This document shows positions 1-11,700 of a DNA stretch of 64,000 nucleotides, piece after piece. The notes beneath the pieces are model-generated. The model was not told the DNA's origin and searched no databases. It saw nothing but the letters and a program-made list of their open reading frames with translations. The translations under genes were made by a program, and so were the position numbers. Each line of letters opens with the position of its first letter. The first letter of the stretch is position 1. Source of the DNA: Hemiscyllium ocellatum (lineage: Eukaryota). The stretch covers positions 64,138,484 through 64,202,483 of the forward strand of contig NC_083408.1 in NCBI RefSeq assembly GCF_020745735.1, in the 5' to 3' direction.

Positions 1-244
1 TTTCTCTTTGTCTCATCCTATTTCTATTTTCATTCTTCATTGGTGATTATTTCTATAATTAGTTAAATTTAAGTAAGTGTTGAATTTGATGCTCAGGAAA
101 TCCCAACCACACCATTCCATGATCAACTCACACATCCAGCAATTTTTGGACCTTCATATTTTGTAAAGTGGATTTTGGAAAAAAAATTGAACAGCAAATA
201 TACCAATAGCAGAATACATTTATTGCATTTGTTTCTTGCATCAG

Positions 245-1769
245 CCACAACTGAAGTCTTTGTTAGCTGCAATACGACTCAGCCTCTATAACCAAGTTAA
301 AAATACTGCTGAGCAACTAAAATTCATGGAGGCAGATATTTATGAAACAAACAGAAGACTTGAATATCTTGAGATAGAAAACTGCAAACTGAAACTGGTG
401 AGTGAAGTATTATTTAGCAATGCAGTGTTTTCTATTAAAACTAGTTGTATGTATTTACACTTTACATGCATCTGAACGGCAGAATCTCTTCAAGAAAGAA
501 ATATTCCTGCATGAAACAGTAAAATAAAGCATATTCACATTTGCACATGCTCTTCCTTAACCAACAGCGCAGCAAAAATGGCTGTTGTGGTTAGGCATTA
601 CTATCCGTTCCTTTAGCTGAGAAAGTTAAGCAATAAGGTCTGGATTTCCATTCTTAATCACTTTCAGCGAATTTGCTGTAAAAATCTGCAGGATGAGAGA
701 CACCTCTGATTACAATGAAGCTGCATATTAATAATAATATATTCCAATTAATCTTTCCTATCTTTCATTGACAGTGCAACTTCCAACTGGTGAGAGTCAT
801 TGCCTCACTCAAAGAAGGAAGAGAAAAGCAAATCACAGCAAAAAACCAACAGGATATTGAACTACAAATCATCTACGGTGCATCATCTGAAAAACTGTTT
901 TGTGAAAAGAACTTAACACAATGTCACAAAGTTTACATTCCAGTGTTTAACATCAAGCCTCGTAATTGTGATACTTTATAGTCAGTTTTTATTCCTAAAT
1001 ATTTCTACCAACAAATTAATTACTATATGTGCAAACTTAGGCTCACCTCAGATACCTTGGATGCAAACAATTCTATTATAGTGAGAAAAATGATTTCAGT
1101 CTCCTGAAAAATTTCAATTTGCATTCATAAATCATATAAGTGTTCTAGAATTTAAATGTTTAAACTTTGTCATTTTTTCCTCATATTTACATACAAATTT
1201 CAAGCAAAATGCATCTACAATTTAATCATTATTGTTGACACAAAGTGCATGCATACTGTTTGCACTATCGTGTCCCTGTTTGAAAGACTACCTATACTTA
1301 GTTCTACTCGGAGTAATATACCTTAATTAACACATGCTACCAAAGTAATACTATTTTTTCTTTGTTTTTAGATAATCTTCTGAATAGCTGGTCACTGGAT
1401 GCTAGGGTTCAAAAGGTAGTGAGTAACAAAGATTTTTACTGGTATTTATGCATGTATTTATCACAGAATTCACAAATGCCACTTTTGCAGGAATCTGAAG
1501 AATGTGAACAGTGTGTACTAAACACAATACAGGATCTGATGCAGAAAATCTATAGCAGAATACAAACGGTTGGCTACGTTAGTGATCAGCTAAAACAGTA
1601 CTTAAGTAAACTGCAGTCCTTTGTGGGAGCCACACTTCCTACTGGTAGGCCATATTTGATTAAAATTACTTTCTTAGTTGGATTAAACTTATTTTAAAAT
1701 TTACTTTATCTTTAAATTACAGAAGAAAAGGAAAGATGCGTGATGAAACAAATCACATCACCTCAATGA
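245..1769 (+). CDS. CCDC175: 3' portion of a coiled-coil protein, probably CCDC175 (5' exons lie upstream of the window)
   Basis: Phase-compatible GT-AG exons 245-397, 775-877, 1372-1415, 1491-1644 and 1723-1769 (TGA) join into an open, helical/coiled-coil-like frame (PQLKSLL...ENCKLKL/CNFQLVR...QIIYD/NLLNSWSLDARVQK/ESEECEQ...TLPTE/EKERCVMKQITSPQ*). The gene name rests mainly on synteny (tail-to-tail with JKAMP, as in human). Confidence 0.65.
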
Positions 1770-2049
1770 CAACATTATATAGGTAAGAAAATATCATTAA
1801 ATCCTATTAATAATATTTAATTTGAAATTTGTGAAAAATACTTAGTCACTTTTAACTGGCAGTATCAGAGGTCTCTGTTCGTAATTCCCTCCAAATCTTT
1901 ATGTTTTAAAACATTTATCATTGAGATTTCTGAAAGATATACTTCCAGTTTTTGTATTTAAGATCTCAACGTTTCAAATTATACTTGAGAAACATTGCCT
2001 CAAGAAAATATTAATACCAAACCTTTCATGATAGAAAGCTAACTACATA

Positions 2050-2191
2050 CAGAAGAACCTTGATTATCAGAACTTGAGTATCCGGCAACAACACAAGGTC
2101 CCAATGCTTGGCTAAACTACGTTATCCAGCATTCGATTAACTGAATGAAATACACCCCACCCGTGTCCTTCGGATAATCGAGGTTCCTCTG
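2050..2191. mobile_element. Tigger/pogo-like MITE
   Basis: Terminal inverted repeats CAGAAGAACCTTGATTATCAGAA / TTCGGATAATCGAGGTTCCTCTG flanked by TA on both sides. Confidence 0.7.
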
Positions 2192-2789
2192 TATAGATAG
2201 AGGAACTCCACTAGAAAATGGATGGGTGAAAGTTACAGTGGAAAAACAAAATGTAGACTGATAATTATTGTGGCAACTTAAATCTAACCTTTAATATTCA
2301 AAAAAACCATGGGCAGCTTCTGAAAGAACCAATTAATTGGCGATGTAGGCAGGCCCTTTCAACTGACCCACCACCGCACTTTGTTCAAGGAGATCAAATA
2401 AATTCTTCCAATAAACTGGCATTAGCCAAAGTTCAGAAACACAGTGTTGAAAATTAATGTTGATTAGGTTTGGACAGTTGTATCATTGCAAAAGATTCAC
2501 CATTTATATTCTGCCCCACAGGATGAAAAAGAAGCTGAAATTTACACTTTATGTAATCCACTGCAGTTATGAGAGATGGATCCAATTTATTGAAATAAAA
2601 TTTCTTATCTGCATTTTAATGCTGATTTGTCAAAGCATGTGAATCGATTATGTACATAAAATATAAATAAAGCAGACAGCACATCACAGCCGAACAAGCA
2701 ATAGTAATTATACTGTAATCATACTGATTCTTACACAAACAGCTAGAATCTGTTTCAAACATCCCTTGTTCTATAGTATGTGCCCCTTT

Positions 2790-5700
2790 TCAATGTCCAT
2801 TGCCACCTTCTGACAATATCCTTGAAGGTTCTGTATATTTAGCAGTTAACAGGTAGAAAAGTGCTGGAGTTGGTACTAAAGCCAGCAGAGGCAGATCTTG
2901 ATCCAGTTTATCTAATCTTGAAATTGAGATTATTCCATAGGCATGCAACATCCAATGACTAAACAGAACAACCAGTCTCTTCTTTTTGGTGATCAGATCC
3001 TTGTGTGTCTGTAAATGAAAAATACATTTTTGTTATTTTAAAACTTTTATTTATCCCCTGTTGCTGTTACAAAACAACATTACACTTAATGTGCCACACT
3101 TTGAACAGTCCTTCATCATACGCGCTCACAGCGATTCAGAATTTCAGCAACAGAAGGGAACTGATCATATTTATCATTCACCTAATTCCCTAAAACTGAG
3201 TTGTCACAAATTGAATAATCGTTACAATAAAACCTTTGCAGTATATATTCAGTTTTAATTCACAGTACCATTTTCTACTACACATAGAGTCACAGAGTTA
3301 TAGAGATGTACAGCATGGAAACAGACCCTTCGATCCAACCCGTCCATGCCGACCAAATATCCCAACCCAATCTAGTCCCACCTGCCAGCAGCCGGCCCAT
3401 ATCCCTGCAAACCCTTCCTGTTCATACACCCACCCAAATGCCTCTTAAATGTTGCAATTGTACTAGCTGCCACCACTTCCTCTGACAGCTCATTCCACAC
3501 ATACAGCACCTTCTGTGAACAAGTTGCCCCATAGGTCTCTTTTATATCTTAGTTAAAAATATTTAAATACTAAATTGACAGTTTATACAACATTAAATCT
3601 ACAGTATTCCAGAATTTCTAATAAAGTTTCTGTCATAGTTTTGTTATTTGAGTATTCTGACATACCTGTATTTCTGAAGCAGACATGTATACTGCCAAAG
3701 TTACCAATGACAAGACTAGAATTATGTATGGAAAAGCATAATCTAAAAGAAATGACCAAAAATTAGTTAATTGTTTCTCAGCACAATATCTTAACATAAA
3801 AATGTTGATTAAATTTATTTTGCAAATATAAACAGAATAAATTAAAAGACTGACTTTTTTTAAAAAAAATGTATACCTGTGAGAGTAAATGGCAACTCAT
3901 TAGATACATTCTAGAAGCATATGAGATCATTTAAATGCAGGGTAAAACATCAACTGACCTTCAGAGGTATCTCTTTCTCATGTTTAATCAGAACTGTTCC
4001 CCAAACCAGTTAGAAGGTAATAATGACTACAGAATTATCTGCAAGCTGGACTATAACTAATTATAAGCAGTGTCACTACAAGAATGAATTATAATTTTAA
4101 AAATTTAAGAAATACCATTTGTCAATCTTATGCATTATATTGTCCTTTTAACTATTTTTTGAGCAAAACAAGCAAACTGCATTACATGGTCAAATTTATT
4201 TTGGGTAAAATACTCAGAATGAATTCACCTTCAATAATAAACTGCATATGCAAAGCAAGGTTTATGCATAAGCAGTGAAGAATAGTGGGTATGTGATTAT
4301 TACAAAATCTCTGGGAAACTCGAATTAAAAATCACACAACACCAGGTTATAGTCCAAAAGGCTTATTTGGAATCATTAGCTTTCAGAGCGCTGCTCCTTC
4401 ATCAGGTGGTTGTGGGTATAAGATTGTAAGACACAGAATTTATCGCAAAAGATTACATTGTGATGTAACTGAAATTATATGTTGAAAAAGACCTGGATTG
4501 TTTGTCAAGTCTCTCATCTTTTAGAATGACCATGTTTCAATCCTTTCAGATGTAAATCGCAAATGTTTTTTTTTTAAAAGTTACATTCTCAAATGTCATG
4601 TCAGCCCAGGTAATGCATTGAAGGTGTAAACTGCCCTGTGTAACACTGTCTGTCTGGTGCAATATTCTGATTGATTCTAATCTAAAAAATGGATTTACAG
4701 AATCTTACGTGGATTCATGCAGTTTTTGAGCAAATAAAATGTAATTCTGCAAGTACAATTTCACCACCCAAACTTATGTGTGTGTGTGTGCATCTGGGGG
4801 TGTGTGTGTTTGTGGCGGTGGGGGGGGGGGGGGGGGTTAATGAGTGTCTGAGATGGAATGTGTGTGTGTGAGAGTGTAAAGGGGCATCAGTCTGTGAGAG
4901 GGTGAGTGTGGGAGTGTATGAGAAAGGGTCTGCGGGAGTGCACACGCGTGTAGTGCAATGGGGTCACCTGTAGTGTGACATGAACCCAAGATCCCAGTTG
5001 AGACCATCCCCATTGGTACCGAACTTGGCTATCAGCCTCTGCGCGGCCACTTTTTGGTGTTGCCTGTCCCAAAGTATGCCTTAGAAGACACTCACCCAAA
5101 GGTCCAAGGTCGAATGTCTATCTCACACCCCAGGCAAGGATGCACTGAGGCACAGTACATTTGCAAGATCAAGCAGAGGTTACGGCAACGGATGAATGGA
5201 CACCGCACAACAATCAACAGACAGGAGTGTTCCCTCCCCAGTCTCCCAGGGGACATTTATGTTCCCTCCCATAAATGTCCAATATTAAATGTGATTCTGT
5301 GGACAAAATTACTTAATTCTGACTGTGCCAAGAAGTACACTAATAATCAACTTAAGATCTTGACCAAACAGAGTCCAAGTCTCAGGAAACTAAGAATGAC
5401 AGTTCCTACTTCATCTCCATACCAACAATGTTCCACCCAAGCAGCACCCTCTTCTCATACTGTATAAGTAATGTTTCAGTTTAAGTTTGCTTTCTTGCAT
5501 CCCAGTTCTGATGAATGCAAGACAAAAGTTTTTTTAATAAATGTTAAATTTATGAATAAGCAACTATTCATTACCCAGGAATTAGACAAGGTCTTTTCCT
5601 ATCTTAACATTTCCCGGGTAACTATCCAGTTAAGTCCTAAAGCATTCTTCAATGTCTCAACCTCTAGCTCAGTTCGAGAGACTTTTGCAGAGTGCACTAA

Positions 5701-8700
5701 CACATGCAATTGCACATTAGAGGTACCAAAGGAACAGAAATGGAAATTCTCAAAGCCAATATTGGACAATTTGGTCAGTGGCAAAGGAGAGATAATTGAA
5801 TCAGTGGCAAAGGAGCACATTTTTTCATTTACATTGGATGTGAACATAGGAGGCATGGTTACTAAGTTTGCAGATGACACTAAAATTGGAGGTGTAACGG
5901 ACAGCAAAGAAAGTTACTTCAGAGTACAACGGGGTTTGGATTGGATGGCCAAAGGGCAGAGGAGTGGAAGATGGAGTTTAATTTAAAGAAACGTGAGGTG
6001 CTGTATTTTGGAAAGGCAAATCAGAGTAGGACTTATATACTCGATGGTGAGGACCCAGGGAGTGTTGCTGAACAAAGAGACCTTGGAATGCAGGTTCATA
6101 GCTCCTTGACAGTTGAGGCGCATGTATTTAGGATAGTGAAGGCAGCATTTGGTATACTTGCCTTTATTGGTCAACGCGTTGAGTATAGGAGTTGGGAGGT
6201 CATACTGTAGCTGTACAGGACATTGGTTAGGCCACATTTGGAGTATTGTGTGCAATTTTGGTCACCTTGCTATAGCAAGTTTTGTATGTCGGTTTGCTCT
6301 CTGAGCTGGAAGGTTCGGTTTCAGACATTTTGTCACCATTCTAAGTAACATCATCAGTGAATCTCCGGATGAAGCACTGGTGGTATGGCTCGTTTTTTAT
6401 ATATGTGTTTAGGTTTCCCTAGGTTGGTGATGCCATTTCCTATGGCGATGCCATTTTGTGATGTCATTTCCTGTGGTGACGTCACTTCCTGCCCATTTTC
6501 TTTTTGGGGGGGGTTGTGGAATCCAACTCAAAGTGTTAAAAGAACAGGGAATGGCATCACCATCCCAAAGGAACCTAAACATACAAATAAAAAGTGGGCC
6601 ATACCACCAGTGCTTTGTGCGGAGGCTCACTGATGGTGTTACCTAGTATGGTGATGAAACATCTGAAACCAAACCTTCCAGCTCAGCAACAAACATATGT
6701 CCAGAACCTCAACCTGAGCTACAAATCTTCTCAAAACTCGCTCATAAGAAGTTGTGAAGCTTGAAAGGGTTCAGAAATAATTTATAAGGATGTTGTCAGG
6801 GTTGGAGGGTTTGAGCTATAAGAAGGCTGAATAGACTGGGGCTATTTTCCCTAGAGCATTGGAGACTGAGGAGTGACCTTATAGAGGTTTATAAAACCAT
6901 GAGGGGCATGAATAGGGTAAATAGGCAAGGACCTTTCGCTGGGGTGAAGGAGTCTAAAACTAGATGGCATAGGTTTAGGGTGAGAGGGTAAAGATTTAGA
7001 AGGAACCTAAGGCAAAACTATTTCATACAGAGTGTGGCATGTCTGAAAGAGTTGTCGGAGGAAATGGTGAAGGCTGGTATGATCACACTGAAAAGGCATC
7101 GGGATGGGCATATGAAAAGTAAGAGTTTAAAGAGATGTGGGTCAAATGCTGGCAAATGGAACTAGATTTATGTAGGATATCTAGTTGGACCGAAGAATCT
7201 GTTACCGTACTGGATATCTCAATGACTAATGACAATGACTTCAATCTTTCTGATGTTGAGTTTGGAGAAGCTGGGCCTTTAGATGGACAAGATAATTGAC
7301 AGCACCAACACAATCAAGGGATCACATGAGGTGCTGAAAATGTGAGCAAACGAGCATACAATTTGACATTGATTCCCATATTAAAGATGATGTAATCAAG
7401 AGATAGACACTAAAAATGAAGACACCAGGGTTAGATCGTTGCTTGACAAATGCTAGTTGCATTTAGATAAATAGGAAATAAAGTATAACCAGGGCATGGT
7501 GTCACATAATATGAAAAACAAACATTGTAAGTAATTGTGCCATGATTTTCCTATGCAACAGTCAAAGGTGAGAAGGAATAATACACTCTGGTTATAGGCA
7601 TGTAGAATGTGTTTTGTGATATGAAATTGGTAATGAAAGAAAGTAAAATTGATTACAGCAGAAAAATCTCTACATGTTAATGCTGATAATTATATACTGT
7701 AAATCTCAAAACATGTCTTAAAAAGTATTAAAAATTAAATTATGCTGGTTTGGACAATTGCTGGGGTCAAATAGGTTGTGGCAAAACCTTGTGAGAGAAG
7801 TAGCTAAATCCGAAGGTAACATCTAGACACGGAAATGTACTTACAAAGCAGGCCTCCACCAACTGCCTGAAGTACTGTCAGAATTGGAAAAAAGTAGAGA
7901 GCTGCATAAATGCTTTTAAATCGATCAGATTTTCCAAGACCACAGGCAATCTTTTTAACCAGGAGTGGACGAAGCAACATCATAAAAACCAGACAAAAGG
8001 CATAGTATATGAAGATAATAGTATATCTGAAAACAAAACAACAAAAAAAAAGACTGACCATTAAAAACAAACATTAGCAGAGAACAGAAGTGAAATTGAG
8101 ATGCCCATTTTTCAAAACACTGGTTTCCAATTTTAAGGTGTGTGCTCCCTCACTACTTTTAACGATGAGTTTGTGAAAAGCATAACACATGCTCAAAAAA
8201 TAAGCAGTACATTTTTCTTTGTTAATAGAAGTGGAAAAAAACATTACTTACTGTTCCATTTCAGGAAATCAGTTGGTGAAGCATAGTACAGGAACTATCT
8301 TTATTGTCATTTATTTATTTATAGAGCTAACACTACAAGTTCCTAACTCAGCCACCCTAGAGATTTAATAAGTAGTATTTTAATATATTTTGAAACAATG
8401 AATTAATTAACTTTTCAAGGAAAGAGCTACCCATTAAAGGAGAATATCTCATAAATCTTTTCTAACCAATTTGTTAAGAGAGATTATTACCTGGAACAGG
8501 TAGGACTTCAACCCAGGCACCTTGTCTAGAGGTAGAGACACAATCACTGTGAATGCCTTTTTATTTAATGTGAAAAAAACCTACCAAGGGAGGTGTGGAA
8601 ACCAAGGAAAGTATTTTCTGGTGAAACAGCTCCTTCTCAACTGGGAACAAGACACAATGATTTAAGTGCCAGAGTGTTTTACATCTAGATAGTTTTTTTT

Positions 8701-11700
8701 CATCAACCTGTTCAAAGATCAACCTGTACTGAAACTCAGTCGCTCGCTTAACAGGTAACCACTTTACAAAGTGATTTATTTTTATAGTTTATTTTTCAGT
8801 CAGCCTGAGTGTATTATGACAGAGCTATATCCATCAATCCTGGGGTAGGACTTGAATCTGGACTTTCTGACACACAGGCACTACCATCTTCTACAAGATC
8901 TTAATGTCCCTTTTTAACATATAAAAACAGGGCAGGATTTTGAGGTTTAGCAATCTTGTGCAGATTGCCACTGTAACCTTTTTTAAAACAAAACAAAATT
9001 AGAACTCCACAGTTCTGACAGAAGAAATTTGAATCAAGACTCCTTCAGAAGTGCAGAACTGGACTTCCATTCAGACAATTCTCTTGTAGTGAACTTTAGG
9101 GAGAAGACAATCAATGGCCCCTTTCTCAGCAGACAGTTGCAGGATTCTGAAACTTCAGAATCACAAGAGACCCATTTTGACAACTAGAACATAGAACATA
9201 GAACAATACAGCACAGAACAGGCCCTTCGGCCCACGATGTTGTGCCGAACATCTATCCTAGATTAAGCACCCATCTATGTACCTATCCAATTGCCACTTA
9301 AAGGTCGCCAATGATTCTGACTCTACCACTCCCACGGGCAGCGCATTCCATGCCCCCACCACTCTCTGGGTAAAAAACCCACCCCAGACATCTCCCCTAT
9401 ACCTTCCACCCTTCACCTTAAATTTATGTCCCCTTGTAACACTCTGTTGTACCCGGAGAAAAAGTTTCTGACTGTCTACTCTATCTATTCCTCTGATCAT
9501 CTTATAAACCTCTATCAAGTCACCCCTCATCCTTCGCCGTTCCAACGAGAAAAGGCCGAGAACTCTCAACCTATCCTCGTACGACCTATTCTCCATTCCA
9601 GGCAACATCCTGGTAAATCTTCTCTGCACCCTCTCCAAAGCTTCCACATCTTTCCTAAAGTGAGGCGACCAGAACTGCACACAGTACTCCAAATGTGGCT
9701 TAACCAAAGTCCTGTACAGCTGCAACATCACTTCACGACTCTTGAATTCAATCCCTCTGCTAATGAACGCTAATACACCATAGGCCTTCTTACAAGCTCT
9801 ATCCACCTGAGTGACCCCAAGATCCCTCTGTTCCTCCACCTGACTAAGAACCCTACCGTTAACCCTGTATTCCGCACTCTTATTTGTTCTTCCAAAATGG
9901 ACAACCTCACACTTGGCAGGGTTGAACTCCATCTGCCACTCCTCAGCCCAGCTCTGCATCATATCAAAGTCTCTTTGCAGCCGACAACAGCCCTCCTCAC
10001 TGTCCACAACTCCACCAATCTTCGTATCATCTGCAAATTTACTGACCCACCCTTCGACTCCCTCATCCAAGTCATTAATAAAAATTACAAACAGCAGAGG
10101 ACCCAGAACTGATCCCTGCTGAACTCCACTTGTAACTGGGCTCCAGGCTGAATATTTACCATCTACCACCACTCTCTGACTTCGACCGGTTAGCCAGTTT
10201 TCTATCCAATTGGCCAAATTTCCCTCTATCCCATGCCTCCTGACTTTCTGCATAAGCCTACCATGGGGAACCTTATCAAATGCCTTACTAAAATCCATGT
10301 ACACTATATCCACTGCTCTACCCTCATCCACATGCTTGGTCACCTCCTCAAAGAATTCAATAAGACGTGTAAGGCAAGACCTACCCTTCACAAATCCGTG
10401 CTGGCTGTCCCTAATCAAGCAGTGTCTTTCCAGATACTCATAAATCCTATCCCTCAGTACCCTTTCCATTACTTTGTCTACCACAGAAGAAAGACTAACT
10501 GGCCTGTAATTCCCGGGGTTATCCCTATTCCCTTTTTGAACAGGGGTACAACATTCGCTACTCTCCAGTCCCCTGGTACCACCCCCGTTGACAGTGAAGA
10601 CGAAAAGATCATTGCCAACGGTACTGCAATTTCCTCTCTTGCTTCCCACATAATCCTAGGATATATCCCGTCAGGCCCGGGGGACTTGTCTATCCTCAAG
10701 TTGTTCAAAATGTCCAACACATCTTCCTTCCTAACAAGTATCTCTTCTAGCTTACCAGTCTGTTTCACACTCTCCTCTTCAACAATACGGTCCCTCTCGT
10801 TCGTAAATACTGAAGAAAAGTACTCATTCAAGACCTCTCCTATCTCTTCCGACTCAACACACAGTCTCCCACTACTGTCCTTGATCGGACCTACCCTCGT
10901 TCTCGTCATTCTCATGTTTCTCACATACGCATAAAATGCCTTAGGGTTATCCTTGATCCTATCCGCCTAGGATTTTTCATGCCCTCTCTTAGCTCTCCTA
11001 ATCCCTTTCTTCTGCTATTATACATAAATACATATGTTAAGTGTGAGGTTAGGGTGCTGGGGAAGACAGGTTGCCTGATGGTAGCACGTGTAGTGCACCT
11101 GTGCAAGGCAAATGATGGTGTATTTAGGAAAGGTCAGGATAGGTGGGAGAAATCAAATCCAGCAGGGGTGCGGGGCAGTGAGATTGTCAGGTCAAGAGGA
11201 ACTGTGTTTGAGGGGAGGCCAATTGGGTTAAAGAATAGGAAGGGACACTTACCCAGTCTACGGAGCAGGGTGGTGGGTCTGGAGCGAGGGGAAGTTGGGT
11301 GTGGATCCAAAGGGTGGTGTCAGATCTGAAGTGATGAGAGGGTAATAGGATGTCAGGGCACAGTCTGGGGGACAAAAGTGATCTGGGAGATTTGTATTTG
11401 GGGGTATGCGAGCTACACATGAAGTCAGTTGAATAATTCCTCAAGAGTTTCACCATCTATTTAATAATCAATTTTGCCTGATTAACTACTTCACTAATTT
11501 AATCAGATCCCTCCCAATAAAATGGATACTTATGCTGAGTACAAAACATAATGAAATCGCGAGTGGAATCTTCAATTTTCTGGGCAATTCTTTCAGCGTC
11601 TACTACGATTGAAATTCCACTGGGTCCCACAACTCCCAGCTGAGCCATTGTTTAATCAACCTGTATGGTTATGTTATGACACGATTACATGGTGGGTACT

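Noticed and set aside
5471-5986. 171-aa ORF
   Set aside because: Chance read-through from unique intronic DNA into a CR1 RT fragment (KFADDTK).
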